64,000 nt of DNA from Octopus vulgaris (GCA_951406725.2 OX597827.1:80662001-80726000); one strand, 5' to 3'; numbered from the stretch's first letter, positions 1 through 11,826 are shown. The notes: generated by a model not told the origin, from the letters alone. A program made the numbers and translations.

Positions 1-151
1 AAACAAAAGTCCATCATTTAACAAGAGTTCAATGTAGTGTAACAGAAAATTATTTATTAGGCATCATTTCACAACCTTGTTCACATAAATCTAAAGTAAA
101 TGTTAATCAATGATTCTTGTGAAAAAGAATTTCTTCCATGCAAGACTTCCA
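1..151 (-). repeat. Paralogous copy of the 3' end of the PCDH 5'UTR intron (matches 9626-9776); implies another PCDH coding exon just left of the window
   Basis: Near base-for-base match to 9626-9776 (offset 9625), which sits just upstream of the splice acceptor of the intact PCDH. Confidence 0.9.
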
Positions 152-162
152 AGAATGGCAAG

Positions 163-439
163 GCACCCATTCGAGCATGATCATTACTAGCGTCACGTTA
201 CTGGCACGTGAATAAACATTTGAGCGAGGTCGTTGCCAGTACCACCTAACTGGCCCAGTGCTGGAGGCACGTAAAAAGCACCCACTACACTCTCTGAGTG
301 GTTGGCATTAGGAAGGGCATCAGGCTGTAAAAACTGCCAGATCCAGATTGGAGCCTGGTGCAGCCATCTGGTTTGCCAGTCCTAAGTCAAATCGTCCAAC
401 CCATGCTAGCATGGAAAGCAGACGTTAGATGATGATGAT
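163..439 (+). mobile_element. SINE with Meta-domain-like core and (GAT)n tail
   Basis: GGTTGGCATTAGGAAGGGCATC core, CCAACCCATGCTAGCATGGAA..GACGTTA end and GAT tail; many copies in the window. Confidence 0.8.
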
Positions 440-647
440 ATATATATATATACACACACACACATATATATATATATACATATATATACACATATATAAA
501 TATATACATACATACATACATATATATATACATACATACATATATACACATACATACATACATACATATATACATACATACATACATACATATATACACA
601 TACATACATATATATATATACATACATACATACATTATATATATATA
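440..647. repeat. (TA)/(TACA)/(CA) compound microsatellite
   Basis: Directly visible. Confidence 0.95.
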
Positions 648-880
648 TCATCATCATCATCGTTTAACGTCCATTTTCCATGCTAGTATGGGTTGGACGG
701 TTCAACTGGGGTCTGGGAAGCCAGAAGGCTGCGCCAGGCCCAGTCTGATCTGGCAGTATTTCTACAGCTGGATGCCCTTCCTAACACCAACCACTCTGTG
801 AGTGTAGTGGGTGCGTTCTACGTGCCACCTGCACAGGTGCCAAACGAGGCTGGCAAATGGCCACGATTGGATGGTGCTTC
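648..880 (-). mobile_element. Meta-domain-like SINE, inverted relative to 163-439
   Basis: Reverse complement of the same core: (CAT)n..CAGCTGGATGCCCTTCCTAAC. Confidence 0.8.
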
Positions 881-1075
881 AGATGTGTATATATACACAT
901 ATTATTACTTAATTGCCCACAAGGGGCTTAACATAGAGGGGACAAACAAAGACAGACAAAGGGATTAAGTCGATTACATCGACCTCAGTGCGTAACTGGT
1001 ACTTAACATGTACATATAGACAGACGGACAGGCAGGCAGATACATAAATAACTTTCTTTATTGGCCATGTAGAGC

Positions 1076-1957
1076 TTTTCTTTTTGAAAATGAAAAAGAA
1101 GGAAAAAAAAAGAGAAAAAAGTAAAATTCTGATCAAAATGGGTCGGTGAAAAAAAAGGCAATCAAAAGGGATCGTGTATCACAGAAGAAATTTCTTAAAT
1201 GTAAGAAGCAAGATTAGGTTTATCAGTGGAAAGAAAAGGCTACGGAAAAGACCATGGTAACCTCAGGCAAAGAGGGAATAAACATGTGAGAACGAAGTGC
1301 TCTCTCTCTCTTTTTTCGATTTACAAGATCATGCTCAAAGTGGTTTCGCACCATCTTTGCTACATTCACCTACCATCTTTTGAAACTTTCACAAGAAAAA
1401 ACCTGCCTCTCTATTCTCACCTTCCTTTTCAAGTGGTACTTGAAAAAGTTGATGAGCGATTGGCCAGAGAGGCAAGTGTTTGTCTCTAATCCTTTCGCTC
1501 GAGTCCACCGCACACATTCTCTCACCATGGCCGCCAGTACGATGAAGACTGCCTTGCCTTCCCGGTTGAGTGAAGGTGGTGGAGCAATTGTCACAACAAA
1601 CTCAGCCAACAGGCGGACTCGTCCCACATGAGAGAGCAGCAGTTTGGCTTAAGCCACAGGTCCAAAATAGTTGGACATTGCATGAGTGCATGCAGAATGG
1701 TTTTGTCACTCTGACTGCATCTTGGGAAAGTCGGTCCAGTGTGTCTCGAACCATGCCTGTAGAACTTATCCTGAACAGGTAATGCATCTCAAAAGCACTG
1801 ACAGACCGGGGATCTTAGGTGATTATCCATACGTCCTGGCCTGAAAGTTGTCCTGAACAGGCAGGTCAGGTGTTCCTCGTCGACGCCCAGATTCTGCCCG
1901 AGAATGTCGTCGCAACTCCCCTCCACTAATCCTCTATAGAACGCCTTTGTTGTAATC
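1076..1957 (-). mobile_element. 3' fragment of a Tx1/L1-like non-LTR retrotransposon (degenerate)
   Basis: Minus-strand translation ALPVQDKF..FPRCSQSDKTILHALMQCP..LW resembles the C-terminal zinc region of L1/Tx1 ORF2; continues into ORF 1370-1627. Confidence 0.6.
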
Positions 1958-3375
1958 TGATGCCTTAAAGGTTAGGGAGAATGGAAGTGAGGAATGCAAC
2001 AGAAGAGATTGAATGCAGGCAACAAATTTTGATGCCTACATCCATCCATACATTAAAATGAAGAAAATTACTTATTAATTAATTTGGTGTAATGTTTACT
2101 AAAAGAAAGCAATTATGAGAGTCTAACCAGTCTCGAAATCTCTGAACATTTCTAATTTTAATAAAGTTTTTATCAAAAAGTGATTTTGAAAATAATTTTA
2201 TTATTGAAGTTCTAATCTGAATTCAGTGTGAATTAGAATTCCATATGAGTCCTTCTTAACTGTTATCCTCAGATTCTCCACTGAATGGATACTATTTAAC
2301 AAATGAGTGATACAGGCATAACATTTCACACAGAAATAGCACAAACTGGGAATCAAATGTGTAGACATTATTTAGTGAGGAGCAGAAAACCACCCAGAGT
2401 TTGGTCTTTCTGTTAACTATTAAACTAGACACATAGGGACAGGGATTATGAACCATATCTGTCTATACTGATGTGATGATGATGACGATAATGGTGCTGG
2501 TGGGGTTGATGATGATGGTGAATTATTCTCAATTAAAAAAGTAAATCTCATTCATATTTAAGATATAAGCCACCTTCACTTTCTCTGAAATATTAACTTT
2601 AATGTTATTATAACTACAACCAAAATTCTTTGCTAGATTCAGAAAAATATCATAAAATATAAAAGAAAATTTAAACTGAATTCATACAACTAGATAAATT
2701 ATAAAAATACCTGAGTAAAGAAAATATTTTACTGAAGAAATTACAATCTCCAATGACATACTTATAAATATATTTTAGAAAGAAAAACCTACACAAAATA
2801 AACTGTATTCGCTCCTCTACAAACAAAAACCTGTTTCTTCTCTTATTTTATTGTCTTTCACAATATGCTATTGCTTCTGTTTCCTTCAGCTGTGAATGCT
2901 ATTTTCTCCTCCATTATAAAATACCAAAAGCTCTAACCCTTTATCACTGCTCACAATTTACACACTTCAACCGGATTGGAACACGTTGAAGCAAAAGACA
3001 TTCATATTTTTTAGCAGCCATCTTGACATGTCCATCCTGCTCCTTCTAGTATTCACACAGATCATTACAGATTCTTTACATGAAACAATAAACACGTAAT
3101 AAAGGCTCTTCTCTATAGCGACTGATCAATATATGTAACAAACGTAATATAGAAACAGATATTATTGCTGCAAGTGAATACAGAATAAGTATTAAACATC
3201 GTCTACTTATTTGTGGTATAAACAATTATGGGCAGCATTAGGGAAAACTAACCAAATTATTATTCAAAGTCTTTGTTCTTTTTTGTTAATATTAAAGATG
3301 TTATAATAATATCTAACAAATCCAATGAGATTTATTACATAAAATGAGATTATAAAAGATTAAATGGAAACTTAC

Positions 3376-3781
3376 CTTTTTAATAATTATATCATTGGTT
3401 ATTCAGTGAGAAAGAGAAAGATGTATTGTTGTAGAAAGATCCATTGTAAGTGCTGCTGTAATGGTGTGACAATGGCTGTTATGGTGATGGAGTAGTGTAG
3501 CACGTCAGGCAGAGAGTCTGCTGCTAGGAGAGGGTTGCATGTGTCACTGAAGTTGTATGTTTTCTGAGTACGTCCACCTGATAATATCCTGTATGTATTT
3601 AGCCTCAAAGATGATGTTTACTATTTTCAGACATACATATAAATGCCAATAAGTATAATATTTTATAATTGAACTGTTTGATTGAATAATGTTAGGAATG
3701 TAAATGCTAATCTTTGTCAGTGATTTCTTTCTATGGTTTAGTGAGAATCTGATTGGTTGAATGACTTACCAGACGACCAAT
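3376..3781 (-). promoter_or_regulatory. Putative promoter and non-coding exon 1 of the off-window PCDH paralog
   Basis: Donor AAG|GTAAGT at 3376/3375, TATAAAA on minus at 3667-3661, CCAAT boxes at 3752-3756 and 3777-3781; all preserved in the paralogous block. Confidence 0.6.
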
Positions 3782-4110
3782 GAAGATACTCTGTTTAATA
3801 TTTATTTCCCCCAGGAGAAATAAGCTTGTCTTAAAGGAAGAAAGTGAGATTGTGTGACTTTCATTCTTTCTCATGATAATTACTGGTATTAATAATTATG
3901 TTCATGCTGAATTATATGACATCTAAACTTCATGAGATAAAATGCTCAATTCATTTTATATTTATCTATTTTTCAATAAGAATATTTCTGTATCACCAGA
4001 ATGAACTGAGAAAGTAATTTCTCTGTAATTTAGTTTATGTTAAAATTAAACAAGAAAATGAGAATATAATTACCGATAACTGTAAAGAAAGTACATAATG
4101 TTATATTTAA

Positions 4111-4331
4111 CCCTTTAGCATTTAAACTGGCCACATCCGTCCAAAAGTATTCTGCCTGTTTTATGTTCAAAATGGCCAGATCTGGTCTCTCACACCAACC
4201 CTACAATGTCGTTTTAAAAATTAACAGCTACCTCATCAAAATCTCTTAGCTACAAGATAATGCCTGATTAGTTCAAAACAATTTGGATAAAAACGGATTA
4301 ATTTTGGCAGAATAATGCGAACACTAAAGGG
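4111..4331. mobile_element. piggyBac-type MITE
   Basis: TTAA at 4107-4110 and 4332-4335, terminal inverted repeats CCCTTTAG...CTAAAGGG; absent from paralogous block B. Confidence 0.85.
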
Positions 4332-4764
4332 TTAAGTACATTTACACGGTAATGCCAGTAAGATTTCTAATATAGTTGTGAGGTCACCTTTTGGAAAAGA
4401 GACAAACATCCTCAACACCTGTATTTAACAGGTAATTATATTATAAACCTCAGTGGATGAAGGGAAAAGTTCTACCTCAGTGAGAGTTGAACACACAACA
4501 TAAAGAAATGGAAGTAAACCAGCCCCAAAATATGTCTGCTGATCGTTTATTCCTGTTGATAATATTGTAGCATTTAAAATAAGCCCTCTTTACACAATCA
4601 GCAAATGTTGTATATTTCTAGCTCCTCAGAAAAACTAAACATATTAACTGAAACTTTTTATATATATATATAAGTGCACATGCGGTGTCACAAGGCTTAG
4701 GAATTGTTGAAGGTTATTTGCTGAACCCTCATTCATCGTCTTCGATGAGAGAATCCACCATATA

Positions 4765-4830
<66 letters not shown>

Positions 4831-4871
4831 TACTTACATATATACATATATATATATATATATATACTTAC

Positions 4872-4902
<31 letters not shown>

Positions 4903-4904
4903 AT

Positions 4905-6535
4905 CAAAATAAGCAACAAGGATATCCAAAGGTAGTGTAGTACAATCGTTTCATGCTACTTCATTTAATTAAACAATGTAAGTATTACATCAGTTTTAAA
5001 AATGTAGACCACTCTTCAGCCACATATGGAATTTTTTTAATTATATTGACAATGTTCATTTTCTATACTTATTCCATTTGCCAACATTACAAAGAGGGTA
5101 GGTATATAGACAGACAGGTGAATTTCATCAGTAAGAACGTGGTAATAGAAGATCTTTCCTCATGGGCAGATTTTTTATCACTGAGTTCACTTTGTTATTT
5201 AGATTTACCAATGGAGAGGGTTTTTTTTCTTTATTAAGTTCAGTGGAGACAATCAAGAATTTTTCTATTTATAGATAGAGGAAAGGGCAGTTCAAATGGC
5301 AGAGCCATAAATCCAACCCTTTTATGAGGAATTTAACTTTGGTGCATTTGCTAAAGTTAGTAGGCTGAAGCTAGTGGGGTAGGGAGAATAGAGACTTCTA
5401 ATGCCCTAGAGATTTCTAATGCCCTTAACTTATTTAATAGTTATAAACCTGCTTGTGATTTTAAATAAATATCCCTAAGATAGTTTTTTCCAAAGGATTC
5501 TAATAAATTTTAGTATCTTATATAGGGATGGAGAATATAGGAATGATTTCGTATTTATAAAAATATATATATCAGATTATTATTAATATAGACTTATAGT
5601 TAGTTAGTAAATAGTAATTTATTTGTATCAATGAGTTAAATTAAAGGAATATGCTAGACATATTATTTATTACCTGTAAAAAAAAAACTTATCATTTACC
5701 ACATATATCAAGAGCACATAAAATATTTTAAAGCGTAATGGAAGGGAGGTAATCAAGATGAACTTAATAAATTTCACTAGATATATGGAATTTATGCAAT
5801 CCTATATAGGAAAGTTTAAAAAGGTTTTATTTCACTTTATTCAATTTATTTATATTATAAAATTTCTTAATAATCTATGCAGGTTAAATAAAAGCTAGTA
5901 TGGTATATTATTTCCTTATTTGGTTAAAAAAACATTAAGATTTGAAACTTTAGGAATAGTCAGAATGCTATTATTTAAAATACTTAAAAGTACGGGTGGC
6001 ACAATGTATGCAGGATATTCTTAGATCAAAACGGTTATTCAATAAGTTTATATTATTCCTATGTTTCAAAATTTCATATGTCTCCATATGGACATATGTA
6101 TATTCACTATGAGGATATTTAGACCTTTGATAGATATATTTTTATCCAAGATATACTGGTTTAATATAGGGTATTTTGAAGAGATATTTCTTCAATGAAT
6201 ATATCATAAAATATCAAATATTATTATTAAGTTTAAAAATGGAGAGATTCAATGGACATAAATTAATTTATCAGTTAATTACATCTTTGCCTACAATTGT
6301 TTCGTTTCACATCCAATTTAAATTACAAAGCATATATAAATATCTTGGGTGGAAAATCTTCATGATATGAAAATGCCCTCAAGATTTTCCACCCAACATA
6401 TCTTGAAATGCAACTAATATATTTGTAATATATGCTTTGTAATTTAAATTGGATGTACAGTGAAATAGTTGCAGGCAATTTATTAATAAATTAATTTATA
6501 TCCCTTGAATCTCTCCGTTTTAAAACTTACTAATT
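4905..6535 (-). mobile_element. Degenerate Penelope-like element relic with inverted end (arms ~6222-6360 / ~6381-6535)
   Basis: Very AT-rich stop-ridden RT-like translation, decayed CTGAAGA..GAAAC motifs near 4945-5020, terminal foldback; family call tentative. Confidence 0.4.
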
Positions 6536-6637
6536 ATATATATATAAGAGATAATAATGCACATGTTAACATTGTTTGGGATATCAACATCTCATATTTA
6601 GATGAAGAACTGCGATTATGTCTTCTTAGAAACATAA

Positions 6638-6714
6638 TTATACATGCTTCACTGGTGTTTCTTCCGTGGATTCCTTTCTTGTAGAAGTGTCATTGTTTTT
6701 ATAAATACTTTGAT
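6638..6714 (-). CDS. PCDH predicted last coding exon (DQSIYKNNDTSTRKESTEETPVKHV*)
   Basis: Acceptor TGTATTTCTTTTCCAG| at 6715/6714; phase 1 matches the upstream donor and reads open to TAA at 6640-6638. Confidence 0.65.
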
Positions 6715-6970
6715 CTGGAAAAGAAATACAACATGTATTACAAACGGACGTTCTTGGATATTTATAAAAGACAATAATAGGAAACGAGTAACAGAAACAA
6801 GATGAAATGATAATGTAGATAAATTCTAATACTTGTTATGGAAAAACAGAAAATATTCTAGGAATCTGGTATTTAAATGAATTAATTTATTCTTAGAAAC
6901 AATTATAAATCTGTTAACAGAGTTACTAACAAATTTCAGATGATTTCAAGATAAGATATTGCTAATGTAC

Positions 6971-7124
6971 CTGATACACCTGGTATTTCTTCGTAATGTT
7001 TCAAGTCTCCTTGTCTACCACTTCTCTTGGATGACATTGTATCTGATGTATAGTTACAAACCATAGTAGCATTATCTTCCACAGCATCATCACTTGATGT
7101 CACCACAACAGGTTGACAGTATTT
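6971..7124 (-). CDS. PCDH predicted cytoplasmic exon (KYCQPVVVTSSDDAVEDNATM...HYEEIPGVS)
   Basis: Acceptor TTTGTTTGTCAACAG| at 7125/7124 in phase 0 with the donor at 7296; donor CAG|GTACAT at 6971/6970; also present at 20043-20196. Confidence 0.75.
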
Positions 7125-7250
7125 CTGTTGACAAACAAACGATAAAGAAATGTGAGAAGACACCAAACAATGGAAGTTACAATCAACATGGAAAGAGAAC
7201 AATTTAATATTGGAATGTATTATTGAAGTTAAAACATATTAAAAGAGATT

Positions 7251-9560
7251 TCATTGTTCACTTTTACAGAGAGAAAATGTAATGTTTCCACTTACTGGGG
7301 TAGGTTTTGGTAAAGTTCTCGACATAGCAACAGAAGTGTTAGTCTGGTACAATTGTTTCATCTCTGCTCTACCTTGGTAGGCTGTATTCTTTGTGGCAGC
7401 AGCTGTGTTATCTCTGTGTTTAATACATTGCATAATACACAGTTTTATAGAAACAACAATAGCCACTGATATTATTACTGCTGATGATACAATGATAATA
7501 ACCCATGTCATATGGACCTGACCTGAAGATTGTAAAGGTCCACTCTTCGACATTGGTGATGTCTCGTTACTAACAGCCAATACCAAAGTGACACTAGTTG
7601 TTGATGACTGAACTGGACTACCACTGTCCTTCACAACAAACACCAGCTCATAACTTCCAGCATCATTTAGATGAACTTGTCTGGAGAAGGATAAAGCACC
7701 ACTGTGTGAGTTCATACTAAACAACTGTTTATCATTTCCTTGTATGATTGCATATCTGAGGAAAGCATTGTTTCCACTGTCCTCATCAGAGGCTCTCAAA
7801 ACTGTGATGTCACTCTTACTCTGCGGATGGTACTGCACATTTAGCGTGTAAGGGTCACTACTAGGATATGTAAAATACGGAGCATTGTCATTTTGATCTA
7901 GAATCTCAACAACAACATTCGCTGTGTCATTCAGAGATGGGCTTCCATTATCTTTGACAAAAACCTCAAACTTATACACATCTTGTTTCTCTCTGTCCAA
8001 TGACATGGTCGCTGAAATGAAGCCATAACTGGTGATGAGAAATGGGAGATTGGATTTTTCTTTACGCAGCAGAGAATATGTGAGTTGTCCAGCAGATCCA
8101 AGATCAGGGTCAGTGGCATTGACAAAACCAATAGGGAAGTCTTTATCTTTGTTTTCATAGGTGATGAATTGGAATGTATCTTTGGTAAACTGTGGTTGTA
8201 CATCGTTGATGTCAGCCACTTGGATAGAGAGGCTTTTAACACTTTTGAGAGGAGGTAATCCTTTATCTTGACAGGAGACAGGAATATTATAGTGTCCTTG
8301 TGTTTCTCTGTCCACTGGTTTGTTTAGAATGATTTGATATTCTTTAGATCCCATTGACTGTAGTTTGAATGTATCATGTTTGATATCACAGCTGACCTCT
8401 CCATTTTGTCCCACATCATTGTCAGTGACCACCACATAAGCAATGAAACTACCAACTTTGATGTCTTCAAAAATGGTAGCTGTGTTGTCATTGATTGCAT
8501 TAACATAATCAATATCAATAGAAGGAGGATTATTGTGTTGGTTGATAACATTCACAAGAACTGTTGCTATGGAACTGAGGGGAGGGTTGCCTCCATCTCT
8601 GGCCTCTATAAACAGTTCATAAGTTTTCTTTTTTCCTAAACTTGTATATTTACTTAACAAAATAGTTCCACTGTTTTCATTTACTTCAAAATAGCTTTTT
8701 GCAAAATCTGATGTTTTTGGACTGAAATGGAAAATAATTTTACCATTTTCACCAGAATCAGCATCTGTTACAGATAAAACAATGATGGGTTTGGCTTTAT
8801 GATGTGTACTTTGTATGGATACATTATACAGAGGTTTAGAAAATACAGGTGGGTTGTCATTCTCATCTATTATGGAAATATTTATATTTAAAATACCTTG
8901 TTTTGCTGGTGAACCTCCATCTTTAGCTATGACCTGTAATAAATATGTATCTTTGATTTCTCTGTCCAAAGTTTCTTTTAAAACTATTTTAAGTGAAGAA
9001 ATACCATCAGCTCTTTTAGACACTGACAGAGAGAATGGTTCTCCAGTCTTTGATCTTAATTTATATTGTATTAATGAGTTTTGAAATCCTACATCTTTAT
9101 CTATGGCATTTGGTATTGATTGTTTTGCACCTTTAGCTATATTCTCATAAAACTCTATGTTGATATTCTTTATAGGAAACTTTGGTTGATGGTCATTGAT
9201 GTCTTCTATGATTATTTTGACTTTTAATATTTTTGTGAAACTATCCACTTTCTTTATAATAACTTTCATAGTTCTGGAACATTCTTTGTTGAATGTGCAG
9301 AGATCTTCTGCATCCAGTGTCTGAGCAGTGTACAGTTTACCTGTTTTGGTGATGTTAAATAACTGTGCCACCTTTCGTTTGAATTGACTGAATGTTATCA
9401 AATGTTGGTCAGATGGTTTAACATTGTCCAAAAGTTTAGAATCGGCAGCAATGTCTGCTACATATGTTCCTGGACTTCTCTCTTCTTCCACATGGTAGGT
9501 AAGGTCTATGGTCAAGACACACTGGACCAGCGACAATACAATAGACAATGACAGGAACAT
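7251..9560 (-). CDS. Protocadherin (cephalopod type): signal peptide, 6 cadherin repeats, TM helix, start of cytoplasmic tail; large exon probably spliced at 7296
   Basis: 769-aa ORF with linkers DINDHQP, DENDNPP, NQHNNPP, DINDVQP, DQNDNAP, LDRE/DxD calcium motifs, TM WVIIIVSSAVIISVAIVVSI; acceptor TTTGTTTCTGTTTTAG| at 9617/9616; donor CCA|GTAAGT at 7296/7295. Confidence 0.97.
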   Translation of the reverse strand: MFLSLSIVLSLVQCVLTIDLTYHVEEERSPGTYVADIAADSKLLDNVKPSDQHLITFSQFKRKVAQLFNITKTGKLYTAQTLDAEDLCTFNKECSRTMKVIIKKVDSFTKILKVKIIIEDINDHQPKFPIKNINIEFYENIAKGAKQSIPNAIDKDVGFQNSLIQYKLRSKTGEPFSLSVSKRADGISSLKIVLKETLDREIKDTYLLQVIAKDGGSPAKQGILNINISIIDENDNPPVFSKPLYNVSIQSTHHKAKPIIVLSVTDADSGENGKIIFHFSPKTSDFAKSYFEVNENSGTILLSKYTSLGKKKTYELFIEARDGGNPPLSSIATVLVNVINQHNNPPSIDIDYVNAINDNTATIFEDIKVGSFIAYVVVTDNDVGQNGEVSCDIKHDTFKLQSMGSKEYQIILNKPVDRETQGHYNIPVSCQDKGLPPLKSVKSLSIQVADINDVQPQFTKDTFQFITYENKDKDFPIGFVNATDPDLGSAGQLTYSLLRKEKSNLPFLITSYGFISATMSLDREKQDVYKFEVFVKDNGSPSLNDTANVVVEILDQNDNAPYFTYPSSDPYTLNVQYHPQSKSDITVLRASDEDSGNNAFLRYAIIQGNDKQLFSMNSHSGALSFSRQVHLNDAGSYELVFVVKDSGSPVQSSTTSVTLVLAVSNETSPMSKSGPLQSSGQVHMTWVIIIVSSAVIISVAIVVSIKLCIMQCIKHRDNTAAATKNTAYQGRAEMKQLYQTNTSVAMSRTLPKPTPVSGNITFSLCKSEQ

Positions 9561-9886
9561 GTTGTAGTTGAGTGTTGGTACTGGTTAAAAATGTCTCAGG
9601 ATACTGAACATAAAATCTAAAACAGAAACAAAAGTCCATCATTTAACAAGAGTTCAATGTAGTGTAACAGAAAATTATTTATTAGACATCATTTCACAAC
9701 CTTGTTCACATAAATCTAAAGTAAATGTTAATCAATGATTCTTGTGAAAAAGAATTTCTTCCATGCAAGACTTCCAGCTGGACATGAATGAAATGACTTC
9801 AAACTATGGTGAATGGCACCAACATGCACAGGCTTCATGTCATTTTGAATAACTGATGGAAAGAACAGCCTACCATAGAATGATTA

Positions 9887-10269
9887 TCTCTCTCTATATA
9901 AATGGCAGTTTGTCTGTCTGCGTGTCTGTGTGTCTGTTAGGTTGTACCCTCACCCTGACCACAGCTTTCAACCGATTCTGATGAAACTTGACACACACAT
10001 AGCCCAATGTCATAATTCTAAACTAACGCAGCGAAAATTTTGAAAAGTCCCCCCAGTTCTGAAAAAAATCGATAAATTCGACATGGGGTCGAGAATTAGA
10101 AACACAAACCACAGACTGTCTAGGGGACGCAACTCGACCTTTTTAACTCTCAAAAAAAATTTACCATCATTTTTCCCCCATTTTTTGCTATTTTTTGGCT
10201 ATAACTCTCTAAAATTACTTTATAGTTATTTCCCTTACAAACCCGAGCAACGCCGGGCGATACTGCTAG
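9887..10269 (+). mobile_element. Non-autonomous Helitron
   Basis: A|TC start, subterminal hairpin CCCGAGCAACGCCGGG, CTAG|T end; same 3' end at 23486 and 60084. Confidence 0.8.
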
Positions 10270-10576
10270 TATCATAAAAAGCACTGGTGATGGTGTCACA
10301 TAGACAACACTGGAACTGGTGCCACATAAACATCTCAGCAGCCATTCCAAAGATCCTTCAGCTTTATCCTTAACAACACAGAATGCTAACAGACAACCAA
10401 TTCTTATAGTTGACTTTACTCTTGTCTGTTTGGTTTTAAGGAGACCAATCTTGTTCTCTTTGTATTTCTTACGATTCTCTATTGATTAAATAACACGTTA
10501 TTAACAATATTTGATTAATACAATATTCTAATCACTTAAGAACTGGGATAACATAATTAATTAATGATAAATCTAT

Positions 10577-10986
10577 GGAGTGGCTGTGTGGTAAGTAGCT
10601 TGCTTACCAACCACATGGTTCCGGGTTCAGTCCCACTGCGTGGCATCTTGGGCAAGTATCTTCTGCTATAGCCTTGGGCCGACCAAAGCCTCGTGAGTCG
10701 ATTTGGTAGATGGAAACTGAAAGAAGCCCGTCGTATATATGTGTATATATATATATATATGTGTATGTGTGTGTGTTTGTGTGTGTGTGTTTGTCCCCCT
10801 AGTATTGCTTGACAACCGATGCTGGTGTGTTTACGTCCCCGTCACTTAGCGGTTCGGCAAAAGAGTCCGATAGAATAAGTACTGAGCTTACAAAGAATAA
10901 GTCCCGGGGTCAATTTGCTCGACTAAAGGCAGTGCTCCAGCATGGCTGCAGTCAAATGACTGAAACAAGTAAAAGAATAAAAGAGA
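10577..10986 (+). mobile_element. tRNA-headed SINE with internal microsatellite
   Basis: A box TGGCTGTGTGG, B box GGTTCAGTCCC, shared body with 29512-29895 and 61070-61420. Confidence 0.85.
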
Positions 10987-11163
10987 ATACTTTGCATCTT
11001 AATTTTTATGGCTTGGCATTAGTTAGACAAATATATTTCATTCTAAAACACCAAAATAATAAATGTAAAAAGAATAATTAAAATGGAAACTGCTCATTGT
11101 ATATTAAGATATTTGTTTTGTTTGAAGGTATAAAACTCCAGTTACACTTTGAAATACATACAA

Positions 11164-11826
11164 ATCCTTGTATCATAAGAACAGTCTTCCCACAGACCTA
11201 GTACCCCTAGCAAGCTCTCCGTAGAGTATGTCCTTGGGGATTCTGCCATCTTCCATACAGCTAACATGTCCAAGCCATCTCATACGTCTTTGTGTGAGGT
11301 GTGCAAATATGCTTGGTATTCTTGCTTGCTTGAGGACATCTTTGTTGGGGGACATGATTCTGCCATTTGATGCCAAGAATTTTCCGGAGGCAGCGCAGGT
11401 GAAAGATATTTATGCGACGCTCTTGGCGTGCTTATGGCATCCAAGTCTCACTTCCATACAGTAGAGTGCAAAGTACATATGCCTGGTAAATCTTCATCTT
11501 TGTGGTCTTGGTCAGCTTATTGTTGTCCCATGCCTTTGAAGATTGGCAACGTACCGTAAAAGAGGGAACACAAAGGAGTGAGAGAGGGAGAGAGGAGAAA
11601 TGGAAAGACAAGAAAAGACGTCAACAAGAAACTATGACATTACAACCAGCCAGGCAAAGTCTTTGCTACATTTGCAGCACCAGCCAGAGGGAGAGTTTGT
11701 CCAGGATAGGACTACACAGCCACAGCAGGAAATGTATCAGGACATGAAATGTAAAAGCCAGACTAGATTATTTTATGCGCAACTCCATTGTCTCCCGCGA
11801 CAAAAAGGATGCCAACAACAACAACT
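11164..11826 (+). mobile_element. RTE-clade LINE 3' fragment with inverted 5' part
   Basis: Minus ~11164-11530 encodes LLYGSETW..RRMRWLGHV..GRIPKDILYGEL; plus ~11535-11826 encodes CSTSQRESLSRIGLHSHSRKC and ends in (CAA)n. Confidence 0.8.

Larger units (their letters stand above)
1958..4655. repeat. Segmental duplicate A (PCDH intron 1, exon 1 and promoter block); paralog of 12949-19330
   Basis: Long near-identical collinear match to 12949-15533, 18272-18550 and ~19290-19330, interrupted only by copy-specific insertions. Confidence 0.95.

Noticed and set aside
387-686. Y/I/M/C/H-rich ORFs here and at 4644-4919, 37640-37901, 42116-42390, 53920-54407, 61233-61839, 62856-63961
   Set aside because: Translations of (TA)n, (CA)n and (GA)n microsatellites
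1958-3375. High identity of intron sequence between paralogs as evidence of conserved enhancers
   Set aside because: The duplication is recent, so identity is expected without selection
7931-9084. Overlapping and antisense ORFs within the PCDH exon (likewise within the LINEs and ZNF)
   Set aside because: Shadow ORFs of the real coding frame
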